Below are positions 34,625 to 47,520 of a DNA stretch of 54,026 bases, piece by piece. The position numbers and the translations under genes are program-made. The stretch's first letter is position 1. Each line of letters opens with the position of its first letter. The DNA comes from Mustelus asterias (Eukaryota), in the NCBI RefSeq assembly GCF_964213995.1, contig NW_027591101.1:62001-116026 (forward strand), in the 5' to 3' direction. The notes under the pieces were generated by a model. It was not told the origin of the DNA and ran no database searches. It worked only from the letters and a program-made list of their open reading frames with translations.

Positions 34625-35980
34625 CTGTTGAGGACAGTTTAAGGATTTTGATAGATTGTGTGAATGGGCAAAGTTTTGGCAAATAGATTTTAACAAAGAC
34701 AAGTGTGAATTTAGCCATCTCGGATCAAAAAGGAAGATCAAGATATTTTCAGAAGGCACAAAGTTAAATATAGTGGATGTCCAACGAGATTTGGGGGTTG
34801 ATAGCTGCTTAAAATGTCACGAGCAGCTGCCGAAAATAGTCCAGTTTGTCAACTGAATGCTGGCTTTCATGCCTAAAAGATCGGTAGTTTAGGGATACAG
34901 ATGTTGCGCTGCAGATTTGCAAAAACCTCGATAGACCCCACTTGGAGTACTGTGAGCAGACATGGGCACCATATGGAAGGATGTTGTCGCTCTGGAGGGG
35001 GTTCAACGCAGGTTTTACAAGAATGGCAGCTGGATAACAGGGGTAACGCTATGAGGAGAGATGAGACAAATTAGGCCGTTATTCTCCCGCATTCAGAAGG
35101 TTAAGTGGATCTCTGATAGATGCCCACAAAATATTTACATTGAAGGACAAGGTGAATAAGGATAAAGTGTTTCCACCAGTTGAAGGCTCTAGAACAAAGG
35201 GTCGTGTTCTGAGAATTAGTGCCAAGCCGTTCAGGAGCGACTTTATGGAACTCTTCTATACGCAGAGTGGCAGAGATTTGGATTTCTCTTCCGCAAATGG
35301 CGCTGGATGCTGGTTCAATTGTTAGGTTTACATCTGAGATCGGCAATAATTTATAGAGCAGAGGTAGCAAGGATTATGGGTCTCGGGCAGGTACATGGAG
35401 TTAGGCCACAGATCAGGACGATATATTTCCAAGTCAGATCCATGAATGACTTGGAGGGGAATTTCTAGGTGGTGCCCCAGGGTCCTCTTCCGCTTGTGCC
35501 TCCAGATTGGAACTGTCGTGTGTTTGGAAAGTGCAACCAAAGGAGCCTTGGCAAGTTCTTGAAATGAATCTTACATATGGCACACAATGCTGCTATTGTT
35601 CGTCTCTGGGACAGGGCGTGTATGTTTGCAAATTCTGTGCCAGTCAAGCTGGCTGCTTTCTCCTGAATTGTGTAAAGCTTCTTGAATGTTGCCTCATGTG
35701 CACACATTCAAGCAAGTGGAGTGAACCCCATTACACTACTGACTTGAGCCTTATAGATGTCGAAGAGGCTTGGGGAGTCAGGGGGTGAGTTACTCACACC
35801 AGGATGATTTGATATTCCAGCGGAGCCTTTGCATTTCTTGTTCATTCAATGATTAGCCAATGGTAACGCCGAGGAAGGTTTTAGTGGGTATTTCAGCTAT
35901 CACAATATGATTGAGTACCAAGGGGCGATGGGGAGATTTCTTCCTTTTGGAGATGGTCGTTGCCTGAGGCGAATATTACT
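34625..35980. mobile_element. Old LINE fragments (CR1 on + at ~34625-35415; second family on - at ~35420-35980)
   Basis: CEWAKFWQIDFNKDKCEFSHLG on +; second-family 3' region on -. Confidence 0.75.
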
Positions 35981-35981
35981 A

Positions 35982-36145
35982 ACAATTATCAATTCACAAA
36001 GATAGATAATTATATTCACAACGTACTATTAATTCAAAAAGATTAAAAAGCAATTTTCACTAATCATTATCAATTCACAAAGTTAAATAATTATTGTAAA
36101 TTATCACCAATTCACAATTATATAAACAATTTCACCAATTATTTG
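35982..36145 (+). repeat. AT-rich degenerate tandem repeat
   Basis: Recurring AATTATCAATTCACAAAG-like units. Confidence 0.6.
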
Positions 36146-36181
36146 CAGCATTTTATTTGATACAAAATATAATTTCAATTC

Positions 36182-37150
36182 ATTTAGAGTTATAGAGTCA
36201 TCGAGGTTTACAACATAGAAATAGGCCTTTCGCCACAACTTGCCCATGCGCTCAGATTTTACCACGAAGCCGGTCCCAATTGCTCGCATTTGGCCCCTAT
36301 CCCTCTATACTCATCTTAAACATGCAAAAGTTTGATGCTTTTTGAAATATCAAATTGTACCCGCCTCTACTAATGCCCTAGCTGCTCGTTCCGGACAGTC
36401 ACCAGAATTGCCCCTCTGGACACTTTTGTATTTCTCCCCTCTCACCTTAAACATATGCCCTCTAGTTTTAGACTCCCCTACCTTTGGGAAATGACGTTGA
36501 CTACCTACCTTAGCCATGCCCCTCATTATTTTATAGACCTCTATATGATCACCCCTTAGCCTCAGACGCTCCAGGGGAAAAAGGGTGCTTGTGATCTAGT
36601 CTCTCGTTCTAATTCAACCATTAAGTCAATGTAGCATCCGAGTAAAAACATTTACTGCACTATTTCTGGTTTAATAATATCATTTCTATAATAGGCTGAC
36701 CAGAACTGTACACTGTATTCCAAGTGTGGCCTTACTAATGTCTTGTACAACTTCAACAAGAGGTCCCAACTCCTGTATTTAATGTTCTGACCAATGACAC
36801 CAAGCATTTTGCACGACCTTGTCTATTTGTGACTCCACTTTCAAGGAGCTATAAATCTGTACTCCTAGATCTATTTGTTCTATAATTCTCCCCAACGCCT
36901 GAACATTAACTGAGTAGGTCCGGCCCCGAATCGAGCTACCAAAATGCATCACCTCATATTTTTCTAAATGAAACTCCACCTGCCATTCATCGGCCCACTG
37001 GCCCAATTGATCAAGACCCGGTTGCAATCCGAGATAACCTTCTTTACTGTCCACTAAGCCACCATACTTGGTGTCAGCAACAAACCTACTAATCATGCCC
37101 CATAAATGCTCATCCAAACCATGAATATAAATAACAAATAACAGTGGACC
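36182..37150 (-). mobile_element. CR1/HER1-type LINE 3' portion
   Basis: GPLLFVIYIHGLD...ISRFVADTKYGG...WADEWQVEFHLEKYEVMHFG; same subfamily as 31170-32815. Confidence 0.92.
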
Positions 37151-39899
37151 ATGCACCTTTTGATATAATTAATTGAGATTCAAACTTATTGGGACCACAT
37201 TGGCCTTTCTGTGAATCAAATCTGTTCCAGAATTCAATGGGAAAATAAATTAATTCAGACCGAGGATAATGACCAGCTACCCAGCAGCCTCTGCACTTCA
37301 TTGAAAAGTGATCACCTCATCATCACACAGAAACTCACGATATATAACTGGGGCGTGCGATCCGTTTTTTAAAGCGACTGTATAACTGAAACTGTCTCTA
37401 CCTATGTGGAGTTTTGGAATCTTAAAATCCCGATTTTTTGTTACATTGTTTTGGAACGCAATTGAAAAATTGCATCTGTCCAGTAACTTTCGCTATGTTC
37501 CTGTTCCATATTATTAAGTTTTTAGCCTGTTACTTCCCCAATATGATTGATGATAAGCTGAGTGATTTGTTGCATATGAAAGGGCCACATGTTCCAAATA
37601 TTACAATCCTCCCACCTCAACCTAATTATGTTCCCTCTTTCTATCTTGGATATGAAGATATGAAGACAATCAGCAGAGGAAATACATAAACATGAGTGCC
37701 GCAGGAATATCTCCAGACTCCTCTCAAAGAGGTTCAGCTCGTTTGTTCCCGTTAGCCCGGGGGTGAAATTCACCCAGAAAAGCTGGAAGGACTGAAGGTA
37801 ATCGACTGACACAAATGAAATACAAAATCTGCATCAATTTCTGAAGTAGTCAAGCACAAATATGAGCGTCTAGAACAGCAAAATTCAAAAATCATCGATC
37901 GTTACATCCATCATTCCATTCACTGGTTCCTCAAACAAAATAATCAGGCATCCAAATATCATTCATTCCTGCATCAACACAACCATTTGTTTATTTTAGG
38001 AAAGATGATGGTGCAATATTAATGCAAGACGCCCAGGCTGATGCTATGGGGACACGAGTTAAATCTGACCGCGGCAGCTGGTTTAATTTGAATTCAATTA
38101 ATACATTTGGAATACATAAGAATGGTGATCATGGAAACCTCTCTGATTCACCAATTAAGGAAATCTGCCATGCCACCTGTTCTCACCAGGATGTTTCTCC
38201 AGACTGACAGAAATGTGGCAGACTCGTCAATGCCTTCCGAAACGGCCTAGAAAACCAATCATTTCAAGGGAATTGGGGAGAGGAAACAAATGCTGGTGTT
38301 GCAAGACTTTCCACAGCCCATGGAAGATGAAAGGGAAAGAAAATACAAACATACATAATTATGTATGCAACATGTAATCTCCCTCTGAGTCAACTATCAC
38401 AGTCTGCCTGTATTTATTTCTGTCTGTCCATCGCAATGTTCAGATCTGTTGGATAGCTCATCTTTGGTACCAGTATCGTGTCAGAGAAGCTGGATAACTT
38501 TCCTTTCTTGAGAGATGAGAATAATTCATATAGGTTGACAACGTCGGAAAATTTAATTGTCTGCAGTACCATTGCAGGCTATATTTGTTTATAAAGAGTC
38601 CTCATTGAAAATCCGAAGAGTTTGAAGTTGGCTTAAGTACTGAGTTAAAACATCTTTGATTTACTGAACAACACCCCAAGATGCTTCCTGTAAACAACTT
38701 TGGGCATTTGGCAGCAGGCTGGATTGCTGCCAAATACTGTGTGGAACAGATTAGCGTGAATCTGAATGGACAAAATAGGATTCAGCCATTTAAAAAATAA
38801 ATGTTTCATTCTCATCTCAACCATCTAAACAAATGTTTTAAATAAATGTCATGTTCATCCTGTGATTAAACACTATCGGAAAATATAAATTGGCAAGATG
38901 ATTTTTTATTTGTACAACTTCCAAGTAAATGTCATTCCAATAATTAAAGCCTGGATAAAAGCAAATTACTGCGGATGCTGGCATCTGAAACCAAAGGACA
39001 ATGCTGGAAAACCTCAGTAGGTCTGGCAACATCTGTCAGGAGAGAAAGGAGCTGATGTTTCGAGTCCAGATGGCCCGTTGTCAAAGCAATTAAAGCCCTT
39101 TTGCAAACAACCTCATGAAAATGCGAGGGAGAAATGTTGATCGTCCCAAATCCCCAGCCTAATGAGATCAGTGTAGTGGCAAAAAAGGAATAGAAATAAA
39201 ATTAAAACCATAAAACCGCCTTGAACAGCGGGGATTCCTGGGATATTCTCAGAGTTCTGCACATCATTTCAATGGCAGCGTCTCTTGTACCTGTTTAACA
39301 CTGGGTACTGTTCTACAGTGCAATGTGATTTGAACATCGCTCTCATAGCTGCTCTCATCGCTCTCATAGCTGCCAATGAGTGGAGAAATGACAAGTTCAG
39401 AACGTGATTCAATGGAAGACAAAACACTTATTCGCGTGATATTGGGCAATATGCCACAAAGCGCTGATATCTTTTGTTCCGAATACCAGTGAATGTTAGA
39501 CAGCCAGTGGCCAATTAAATGAGCTGCAATGATTTGGATGCTGAAGGAGAACTTTACGGATCGCCCTGTCCGTTCCGATTCATTAACATCTCTGTCAAAA
39601 GTTGATTTCAATTTTATGTTTCCCTGTCAACTCACTATATAATTATAAGTCAACTGGCTTTATTTCATCGCTAATTTCCACAGGGTTAAGTGGCTGTTCG
39701 AGAAATATAAGGAGAAAAATTATATAATAAAAGGAGTTTCTTCTTATATCCAATCCCAAATTGCAGCGATAGTCATCGGCACTGCAAATAGCATCACTTT
39801 CTTTCATCCGCACATCTAGTCACATGAATCTATAATAATTTATCTGATAAATTATGTTTTGTTTGTGTAATGTGTTAGAGACACGGAATTGTTGCAAAT

Positions 39900-40222
39900 C
39901 AAAGAACAAAGAACAGTGCAGCAATAGAACAGGCCTTTCGGCCCTCCAACCCTGCGCTGATCGCGTTGTCCTATCTCGACCAGCCGCCTGTATCCCTCTA
40001 TTCCCCGTATGTTCATATGTCTGATCCAGATAAGTATTCAATATTGCTAAAGTGTCTGCCTCAACCACATCACTTGGCAGTTCATTCCAGGCCCCCACCA
40101 CTATCTGCGAAAGAAAACTTCCTCCGCACAGCTCCACTGAACCTTTCCCCCCTTAGCTTGAACTTGTGCCCCCTTGTTAATTGTCATTTCTGCCCTGGGA
40201 AAAAGCTTCCAACTGTTTCAAC
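39900..40222 (-). mobile_element. CR1-type LINE 3' end
   Basis: Tail CAAAGAACAAAGAACAG...; FLSQIVVGAWNELPSDVVEADTL. Confidence 0.85.
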
Positions 40223-40377
40223 TGATGCATTTTCCCTGATAAGGTAATTTCATCTTGTTTATGTCAATTCATTTGTCAAATGCTTCAGAAATAAAGAGAC
40301 TTAATTTCGAATGTTTTTTTTTTAACTAACAGATGCTCAAATGCAATTTCGCATTTAGGTTCAGCAGAGAGATTACA

Positions 40378-40868
40378 ATGGATCTCACGTTACTGTCTCA
40401 GTGTTGGTCTGCAATGTTTCAGAGACTGTAATCATTTCACCAGGATTATTCCTCGGGGTTTTGATATAATAATCCCAGTTGCCAGACGGAGTCGTGTTGA
40501 CTCAGCCAAAGGCAGCGACAGGGTGTCCCGGAAACTCCCTGAGACTGATTTAAATAATCGGCGGGTTCACTGTTGGCAGCAATTCGATGGCCTGAGTCTG
40601 ACAGGTTATTGGGCAGGGTCTAGAGTGTCTTCTTCAGGACGGTTGTCCTGGATCATCCTCCAACACAAATCCCCCAGGGATTCCGAATTAATTTATTAAT
40701 ACGTTTTTAATATTTATTTATTGAATAGTCACAAGTCAGGCTTACAATAACACTGCAATGACACTACTGTGAAATTCCCCTTAATTAATTTTATCCGCCC
40801 AAAGACACTTCAAACAAAACCTTAGCTTTGGAAATTAAGAGCCTGAAGATCAAGGATTCCCAAGTTTA
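40378..40868 (+). pseudogene. Immunoglobulin heavy-chain (shark IgM-like) V pseudogene, truncated before YYC, no RSS
   Basis: From 40491 in one frame: VVLTQPKAATGCPGNSLRLI*IIGGFTVGSNSMA*V*QVIGQGLECLLQDGCPGSSSNTNPPGIPN*F [insertion ~40697-40790] ..KDTSNKTLALEIKSLKIKDSQVY. This matches the shark VH pattern VVLTQPEAETGxPGGSLRLTC..SGF.....M.WVRQVPGQGLEWL...RFT.SKDTSNN.F.L.M.SLK.ED. A decayed leader (ATG 40378) and acceptor CCCAG (40478) lie upstream. Confidence 0.9.
40697..40790 (-). mobile_element. 5'-truncated SINE tail inserted in VH framework 3
   Basis: TTTATTTATT...GTCACAAGTCAGGCTTACAATAACACTGCAATGACACTACTGTGAAATTCCCC matches the tail at 11963-12000; flanked by AATTAATTT direct repeats (~40686 and ~40783). 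Confidence 0.75.
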
Positions 40869-41549
40869 CCCCATCTGTCCTACATTTGATTCCATTTCCA
40901 CAGCGATGAAAATGACTTTTAGCCGAAAAAGACATCCACTTGTATCAAAGCTGCTCCAGAAAGTCAAACAATGAAAAAGCCCACCAGAGGACAGGTTTTC
41001 AAACAAAAAATAGTTCACGACTGCCTTGTTAGGATGGACAATCAATGCTGATTTTGTCAGTAATGCTCACATCCAGAGAATGAATTAAAACAGGACAAAG
41101 TACTGCAGATTACGGAAATCTACAAAAACAACAAGAAATATTGCTCAGCATGTTAGTGGGCATCAGCAGAGAGAGAGAGATTCACATTCCAGGTCGATGA
41201 AAGGATGTAAATTCACATTGATATAATTCTTATGAGTACGACAGGCCTTCCGAGTATCCTGGACAAATGTCCATTCCTCAACTAAAATCGCAAATGCACT
41301 GGTGATTTATCATATTTCGGTGTATGGGAGCTTGCTGTGCACAAATAGCCTGCTGGATTTCTAACATTTCAACAGTGACTAAATTCAGTAGAGATTCATC
41401 AGTGAGTTATAAATGCTTTGGAACGACATAAGGTCAGGTAAAGCGTTTTAAAAATGCAAGTTATTTCCAAATGTTCACATTATAAAACGCAACTTTCGAT
41501 ATGTTGAAAGCTCCAAGAATTAATGCAATTGCAGCTACCTCTCTGCCTG

Positions 41550-41860
41550 ATCATAGTATCATAGAATCCCTACAGCGCAGAAGGAGGCCATTCGTCCCAT
41601 TGAGTCTACACTGGCTCACCATCATAGCATCCTACCAAGCCCACCCTCTACTCTATTCCCACATATACACCCGCTATTCCCCCCATCCTACACATCCTTG
41701 GACACTTAGGGGCAATTTAGCATGGCCAATCCAACTAACCTGAACATCTTTGGGCAGTAGGCAAAAACTGGAGCACCCGGGTTAAACTCACATGGACTTG
41801 GGGAGAATATGCACAGTCACCCAAGGCTGGAATCGAACCCGCTTCCCGTCGCCATGACGC
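41550..41860 (-). mobile_element. HE1-type SINE (diverged)
   Basis: ATCATAGAATCCCTACAG tail; GGGCAATTTAGCATGGCCAATCCA; GGAATCGAACCC. Confidence 0.85.
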
Positions 41861-44139
41861 AGAAAATATAACTGTACCTCTGTAATGATACTCATTCTGG
41901 GTTTCCTATCCTTCTCTCGATGTGAGTGCGATACTGCACACATGCTTTAACTTGCTCAGTTTATCTAGATTATCGTCAATCAGATTGATACATTGTGGAA
42001 TACCAGCCTGTTCACAGACGCTTTATTTGTTGTGACATCAGAGCTTTCAAAACTAATTTTAATTGGAATATATATTTTATTTAAATTAAATAGCATCTGC
42101 TCTAATGAATGTTCTAGAAATTTCTATTCATTAAGAACCAACTGCCGATATGCTAACAAATACACTGCAATTGTGTTGAATAAAGAAGCGATTGGTTGTC
42201 ACTTGGTTGTGCTGCTATAAACAATTTGCATTGCTGCCAGTTAGGTATTTATGTAAATAAACACAGAAGTAGAATTCCCAAATAAGATTGTTCACTGACA
42301 AAAATACAACAAATATTTCCCCGCCAACAGCACAGACATAAAGGCAAACATGTAAATAAATCAACGGATTCGAGCAGCGACTGCTTTTCGACATTGTGTC
42401 ACGTCATTAGATATCTATGTTCAGAATTAAGAAATGTTCCCTCTAATCTCGGAATAAAATGACACGGCCAGTGTGTTTGTGAAGATTTCCTGTGTTTCAT
42501 CTCTCTTTGTGTCTTGTCTCTTCATGGTGGATCATTGTCTTCACTCCACAACATGAAGTCAACATCTGCCCAATATATTCTTTCAGCCCGAGCCATAGGC
42601 GTGTAAAATGATCTAATTCAATTGATTGGAATTCCTAGAGGACGTTTGACTCAAAAAAGTACGTTGAGCGTTCAATGACCTTGGAATATCTGATAGAATT
42701 ATAGTGGAGATTTTCCTCATTACCTAACCTGGGCTGTTCTTAGTGGTAAGCAGTTGATATGGCAGTAGCGGAGGAACTTTCCCTTGATCTAAACCATGTT
42801 ATCCCTCCCCTTGGAGGTTTTTATTCGACAGTGCATAGGAATATTTACCCTGCATCTAACCTGCACTGTAGCTGCCCCACGAATGTTCGATATGACTTTG
42901 TAATGGGAAATTCAATCTCTGTTGTACGAGGCCTGGGTGCGTTTGATGGAACTGCAAAGATGGCTCTTTACCCTGTGCCGAACAACCAATGGCTACCTAC
43001 CTCGAGAACCTCGAAGGGAGAGCGCAGAATAGACATTTCCTAGCATAGAACTCCTGATCTGCATGCCTTCTTTGTGTTTGAGCGGACTTTGGAGAGGGAG
43101 TTTCACTGTGTTTCTAAACAGTCTACCGGTTCTGGGAAAGCTTGCCAGTTTCCAGAGAATTTCTCTTCGTATCTAACCCGTGCTGCACCACCCTTCAGAG
43201 TGTTTGATGTGGCGATGAAGAGAGAGCCTTATGTTCTATACCTAGTCCCATGTTACTTCTTCCCTGGGACTATTTCATGGGACAGTAGACCCTGTCTCAA
43301 AATTGCACAAGGAATTTATTTATCAATCTACATCTCCTCTGCACCCTTCCCAAAGCTTACACATCCTTCCTATAATGTGGCGACCAGAACTGTACACAGT
43401 ACTCCAAGTGGCATGTTATTTCAATATTTATATTTGCCACTGTGTCAGTTCATATTGAATTAGGCCCTGCTTCTTCTTATATTACACTAGAACCTGTCTC
43501 TATTTATCTTGAATAGAATATATTTTCTTGTTCGTATAAAACAAGAAACCGTGTCCGTTTCTATTACACGTCCCATGTCCCTACTTATACTAAACTAGAC
43601 CCCGAATCATCTATATTATCTTGACCTGTCTCTATTTGTATCAAACTAGATTGGGTCTCACTTCTGCAATTGATCATGTCCATATTTATATTACATTGCA
43701 GACGGCCTCAGTTATAATGCCCAATAATGTGGAAAGTGGCTGGGGAACACAATTGTCTGCATCATCCAACATACAACTCTGTGGAGTAGAAATGTGCCTT
43801 GGGCATTCTACCAGAAGAAGAAATCTAAATTCTTATTCTGGTGACTACAATACCCCGCTTGGCATGCACTGTTGATCCATACTGTCCATTTCAGCATCTT
43901 GTTGCATACGATATTTTTTTATCGCAACATAATAATGTATCGTTTATCTCTTCTCTGCGCAAAACCGTGGAATAATGCAGCCATAATTCCAACAGAGGCA
44001 TAGTCTAGTGTAGTAATAGCAATGTCCTGATCGAATGAAATACAGACAAAATTCGGATTAAATATTATATACACAGGGATCGTGTCTAGTGTAATATAAA
44101 CATAGGACATAGGTTGGAGCATAGGACATACATTGGGAC

Positions 44140-44980
44140 ATAGATAAGCTGCAGAGCTGGGCTGAGAGGTGGCAAATGGAGTTCAATGCGGAAAAGTGTG
44201 AGGTGATTCACTTTGGAAGGAGTAACAGGAACACAGAGTACTGGGCTAATGGTAAGATACTTGGTAAAGTGGATGAGCAGAGAGATCTCGGTGTCCATGT
44301 GCATTGATCCCTGAAAGTTGGCACCCAGGTTGATAGAGTTGTTAAGAAGGCGTACGGTGTGTTAGCTTTTATTGGTAGAGGGATTGAGTTTCGGAGCCAT
44401 GAGGTCATGTTGCAGCTGTACAAAACTCTGGTGCGGCCGCACTTGGAGTATTGTGTACAGTTCTGGTCGCCACATTATAGGAAGGATGTGTAAGCATTGG
44501 AAAGGGTGCGGAGGAGATTTCCCAGGATGTTGTCTGGTATGGTGGAAAGGTCTTATGAGGAAAGGCTGAAGTACTTGAGGCTGTTTTCGTTAGAGAGAAG
44601 AAGGTTAAGAGGTGACTTAGTAGAGGCACACAAGATGATCAGAGGATTAGATAGGTTGGACAGTGAGAACCTTTTTCCTCGGATGTTGATGGCTAGCACG
44701 AGGGGACAGAGCTTTCAATTGAGGGGTGATCCACACTTGGAGATAGAAATAGGAAAGATATCAGAGGTAGGTTCTTTACTCAGAGAGTAGTAAGGGCGTG
44801 GAATGCCCTGCCTGTAACAGTAGTGGACTCGCCAACATTAAGGGCATTTAAATGGTCGTTGGATGAACATATGGATGATATTGGAATAGTATAGGTTAGA
44901 TGGGCTTTAGATTGGTTTCACAGGTCTGTGCAACATCGAGGGCCGAAGGGTCTGTACTGCGCTGTAATGTTCTATGTTCT
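44140..44980 (+). mobile_element. CR1/HER1-type LINE 3' portion
   Basis: WQMEFNAEKCEVIHFG...ERVRRRFPRML...LFSLERRRLRGDL; tail TTCTATGTTCTA. Confidence 0.93.
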
Positions 44981-45879
44981 AAACTATGTTTTGGTCAGGA
45001 TCGAGTTCATTAGAATTTAATGAGCTATTAGTTTAACACTGACAGGGTCAATTTTAATTTAAACAGAGGCCTAATCCAGTAAAATAGAAATGAGGTAGTG
45101 CCAAGTGCCTTGTGGGCTAGCTAAAGGCTAAACACTTGTCTTTCCAGTGACATCCACATCCCATGACACAAACATTGAGAAATGTGAATGACTTCGTCTC
45201 TGACAAGAAAAATCGAGACGGTGGCTCGTGCAGTTTAACTGGATACAGAGGTTTGTGTGATATTAACTGAGATGGAGCCTAATGTCCTAGCATCAATTAT
45301 TGATACAGGACATAGACTGAAATAAACTGAGACAAAGAGAGTGCATTTATAGTAATTATTGATATGGTATCTAGAATGGTACACACTGAGATATGGACAA
45401 TGCAGCAATTAGAGGAGTCACATAATACAATAACATTGTAGACAGAGCATGGTGTTCAATAAAAAATATATGGACTGATGTAGCATGAATGAAAAGAGAA
45501 TCCAGTTTATTAGAATTTAGTGAGCTATTAGCGTAAGAACTGTGACCGAACAGTGTGTAATGCAAGAAGGGTGTGATCCCAGTTCCGGATATACAGATAA
45601 CCGTTCTGATGTAGTAAGAATTGAGACACAGCCTCTTGCCAAATTAACCGAGACTGTGTTCCATGCAGTCATAACTAAGAAAGTATCATGTAAATAGGGC
45701 CTTGGCATTGTATATGAATAGCTGATATATCGAGCTGAGTGCAGAGAAAGCTGAGCTAGGTCCTGCTGTAACGTGATCGAGGCACGGCCTAGTATAATAC
45801 AGACAGAAGCAGGGGCTCAATGAATATAAGAAGACAAAAATGTTTTAGATTATTTAATGGGAATTTGGTGTTACTGGTA

Positions 45880-47520
45880 AAGTCAGTGAAACCTTATATT
45901 CCTTTGAGAATGTGGTGGTGAGCCTTGTTCTTGAACCATTGAATTCGATATTGAGTAAGTAAACCCACAGTGCTAATTGGAGGGAGTTTCAAACTTTTGA
46001 TCCAATGACAGTGAAAGGTTAGAGATATAGTTCCCAGTCAAGATGGTGCGTGGATCTTATCGGCACTTGCAGGTAATTGTATTCTCACGCATCTGCTACC
46101 CTTGTCCTTTTAAGTGTCAGAAGTAATGGGTTTGGTAGTTGAGGAATGATTTGCTGCTGTACATTTGCTCATGGTTCACAATGCTACAATTGTGCATCTG
46201 TGAAGCAGGGAGTTAAGTTTAAAGTGGTGGGTGGGGTGTTCATCGAGACAGATACTTTTTCCCAGAGGGTGTGGAGCGTTTTGAGTGGCACAAGTTTGAC
46301 AAGTTGAGACTTTTGCCTTGTGGTTGATGGATAAGGTTTGGAAATTTAGTAGGTGAGTTGTTCACCGCAGAACTCCGATCCTCTGATCTGTTCATATAGC
46401 AAAATTATTGAAGTGTCAGTCTCAGTTCAGTTCATTTTTAATTATAATTACCAGGTTGTTGGTGGTGAGGAATTTAGCAATGTGTAATACCATTCAATGT
46501 CAAGATAAGATGTTTGGAATTTCGCTTATTGGAGCAGTTCAATGTTACTTGCCGCTCATTAGCCCAAGACTGAACCTTTTCTAAGTCTTACTGCAAATAG
46601 ACACAGACTGTTTCAGTCTCTGGGGAATCCCGCAACTGGTGCTGAACTTTGTGCCATTATCAGTGCACATCCCACTTCTGAACTCTGCCGAAGGCTGAGG
46701 CTTGGAGCAAGGTTATTATCGTGAGGAACTCCTGCAGCACTGCCCTGTGACTCAGATGATTGGCCTTCAACAGCTTAAACTATCATCATTTGTGCTCAGT
46801 ATTACTCCAGTCAGTGAACTGTTTTCCCCGTTTCCCATTTTGCTCGGGCTCCTTAATACCACACACGGTCAATTGCCTTTAATTTAAAGCTCTTTAATTT
46901 AAATATTCTATTTATATTTGGACTGGTTGTAAATCATTCTAGAACTGAGTGCTCCTGGCGGGACCCAAATCTTTGAGCAGGCTATTGCTGAGTCAAAGCC
47001 ATTTGATAGGATCATCCTTGAAAGTTTTCAATGTGGTGATCGAGTGAGGACTGATTGGGCAGTAATTGGCCGGGTTGTATTTGCCCTTGTTTTTGCACCA
47101 GGGCATGTCTGCCAATTTTTCACATAGTTGAGCAACTGTCAGTATTGCAACTGCACTTGAACATATTGGCTGGGACACAGCTAGTTCCAGAGAAGAAGTC
47201 TTAATTACTAGTGTTGAAATATTGTCAGGCCCAATTAGCATTTCAGTATCCAATGCACTCAGCATGATCATGTGATGTGAATTAAATTGCCGGAAGACTG
47301 GCCTTGCGCTGCTGGGAGTCACCCTGAGGAAGCCGAAATGGATCATCCTCTTGGCACTTGTGGCTAAAGGTTGTAGCAAATGGTTCAGTCTTGTTTTTTG
47401 CTCTGATGTGCCGGATCACCATCATTCAGGGCGGTTACTTTTCTTGAAGCTCCTGCTATTGTTCAATTGTTATTTGTTCAATTGACCATCACTATTCACG
47501 ACTGGATTTAGCAGGTCTGG
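45880..47520 (-). mobile_element. Second-family LINE, decayed (paralog of the copy at 30000-33895)
   Basis: ALDTEMLIGPDNISTLVIKTSSLELA...KYNPANYCPIS; colinear with the copy in the left duplicate. Confidence 0.75.

Noticed and set aside
37690-37812. Possible minus-strand exon (DYLQSFQLFWVNFTPGLTG...)
   Set aside because: Plausible acceptor, but no recognisable family and no convincing donor.
40899-40937. CACAGCG after the VH relic as its RSS heptamer
   Set aside because: No nonamer at 12 or 23 bp. The surrounding sequence matches the body of the second SINE family, which replaced the VH 3' end.
45966-45972. Isolated CACAGTG heptamers (also ~31711 and ~50213)
   Set aside because: No correctly spaced nonamer; the first two lie inside LINE sequence.
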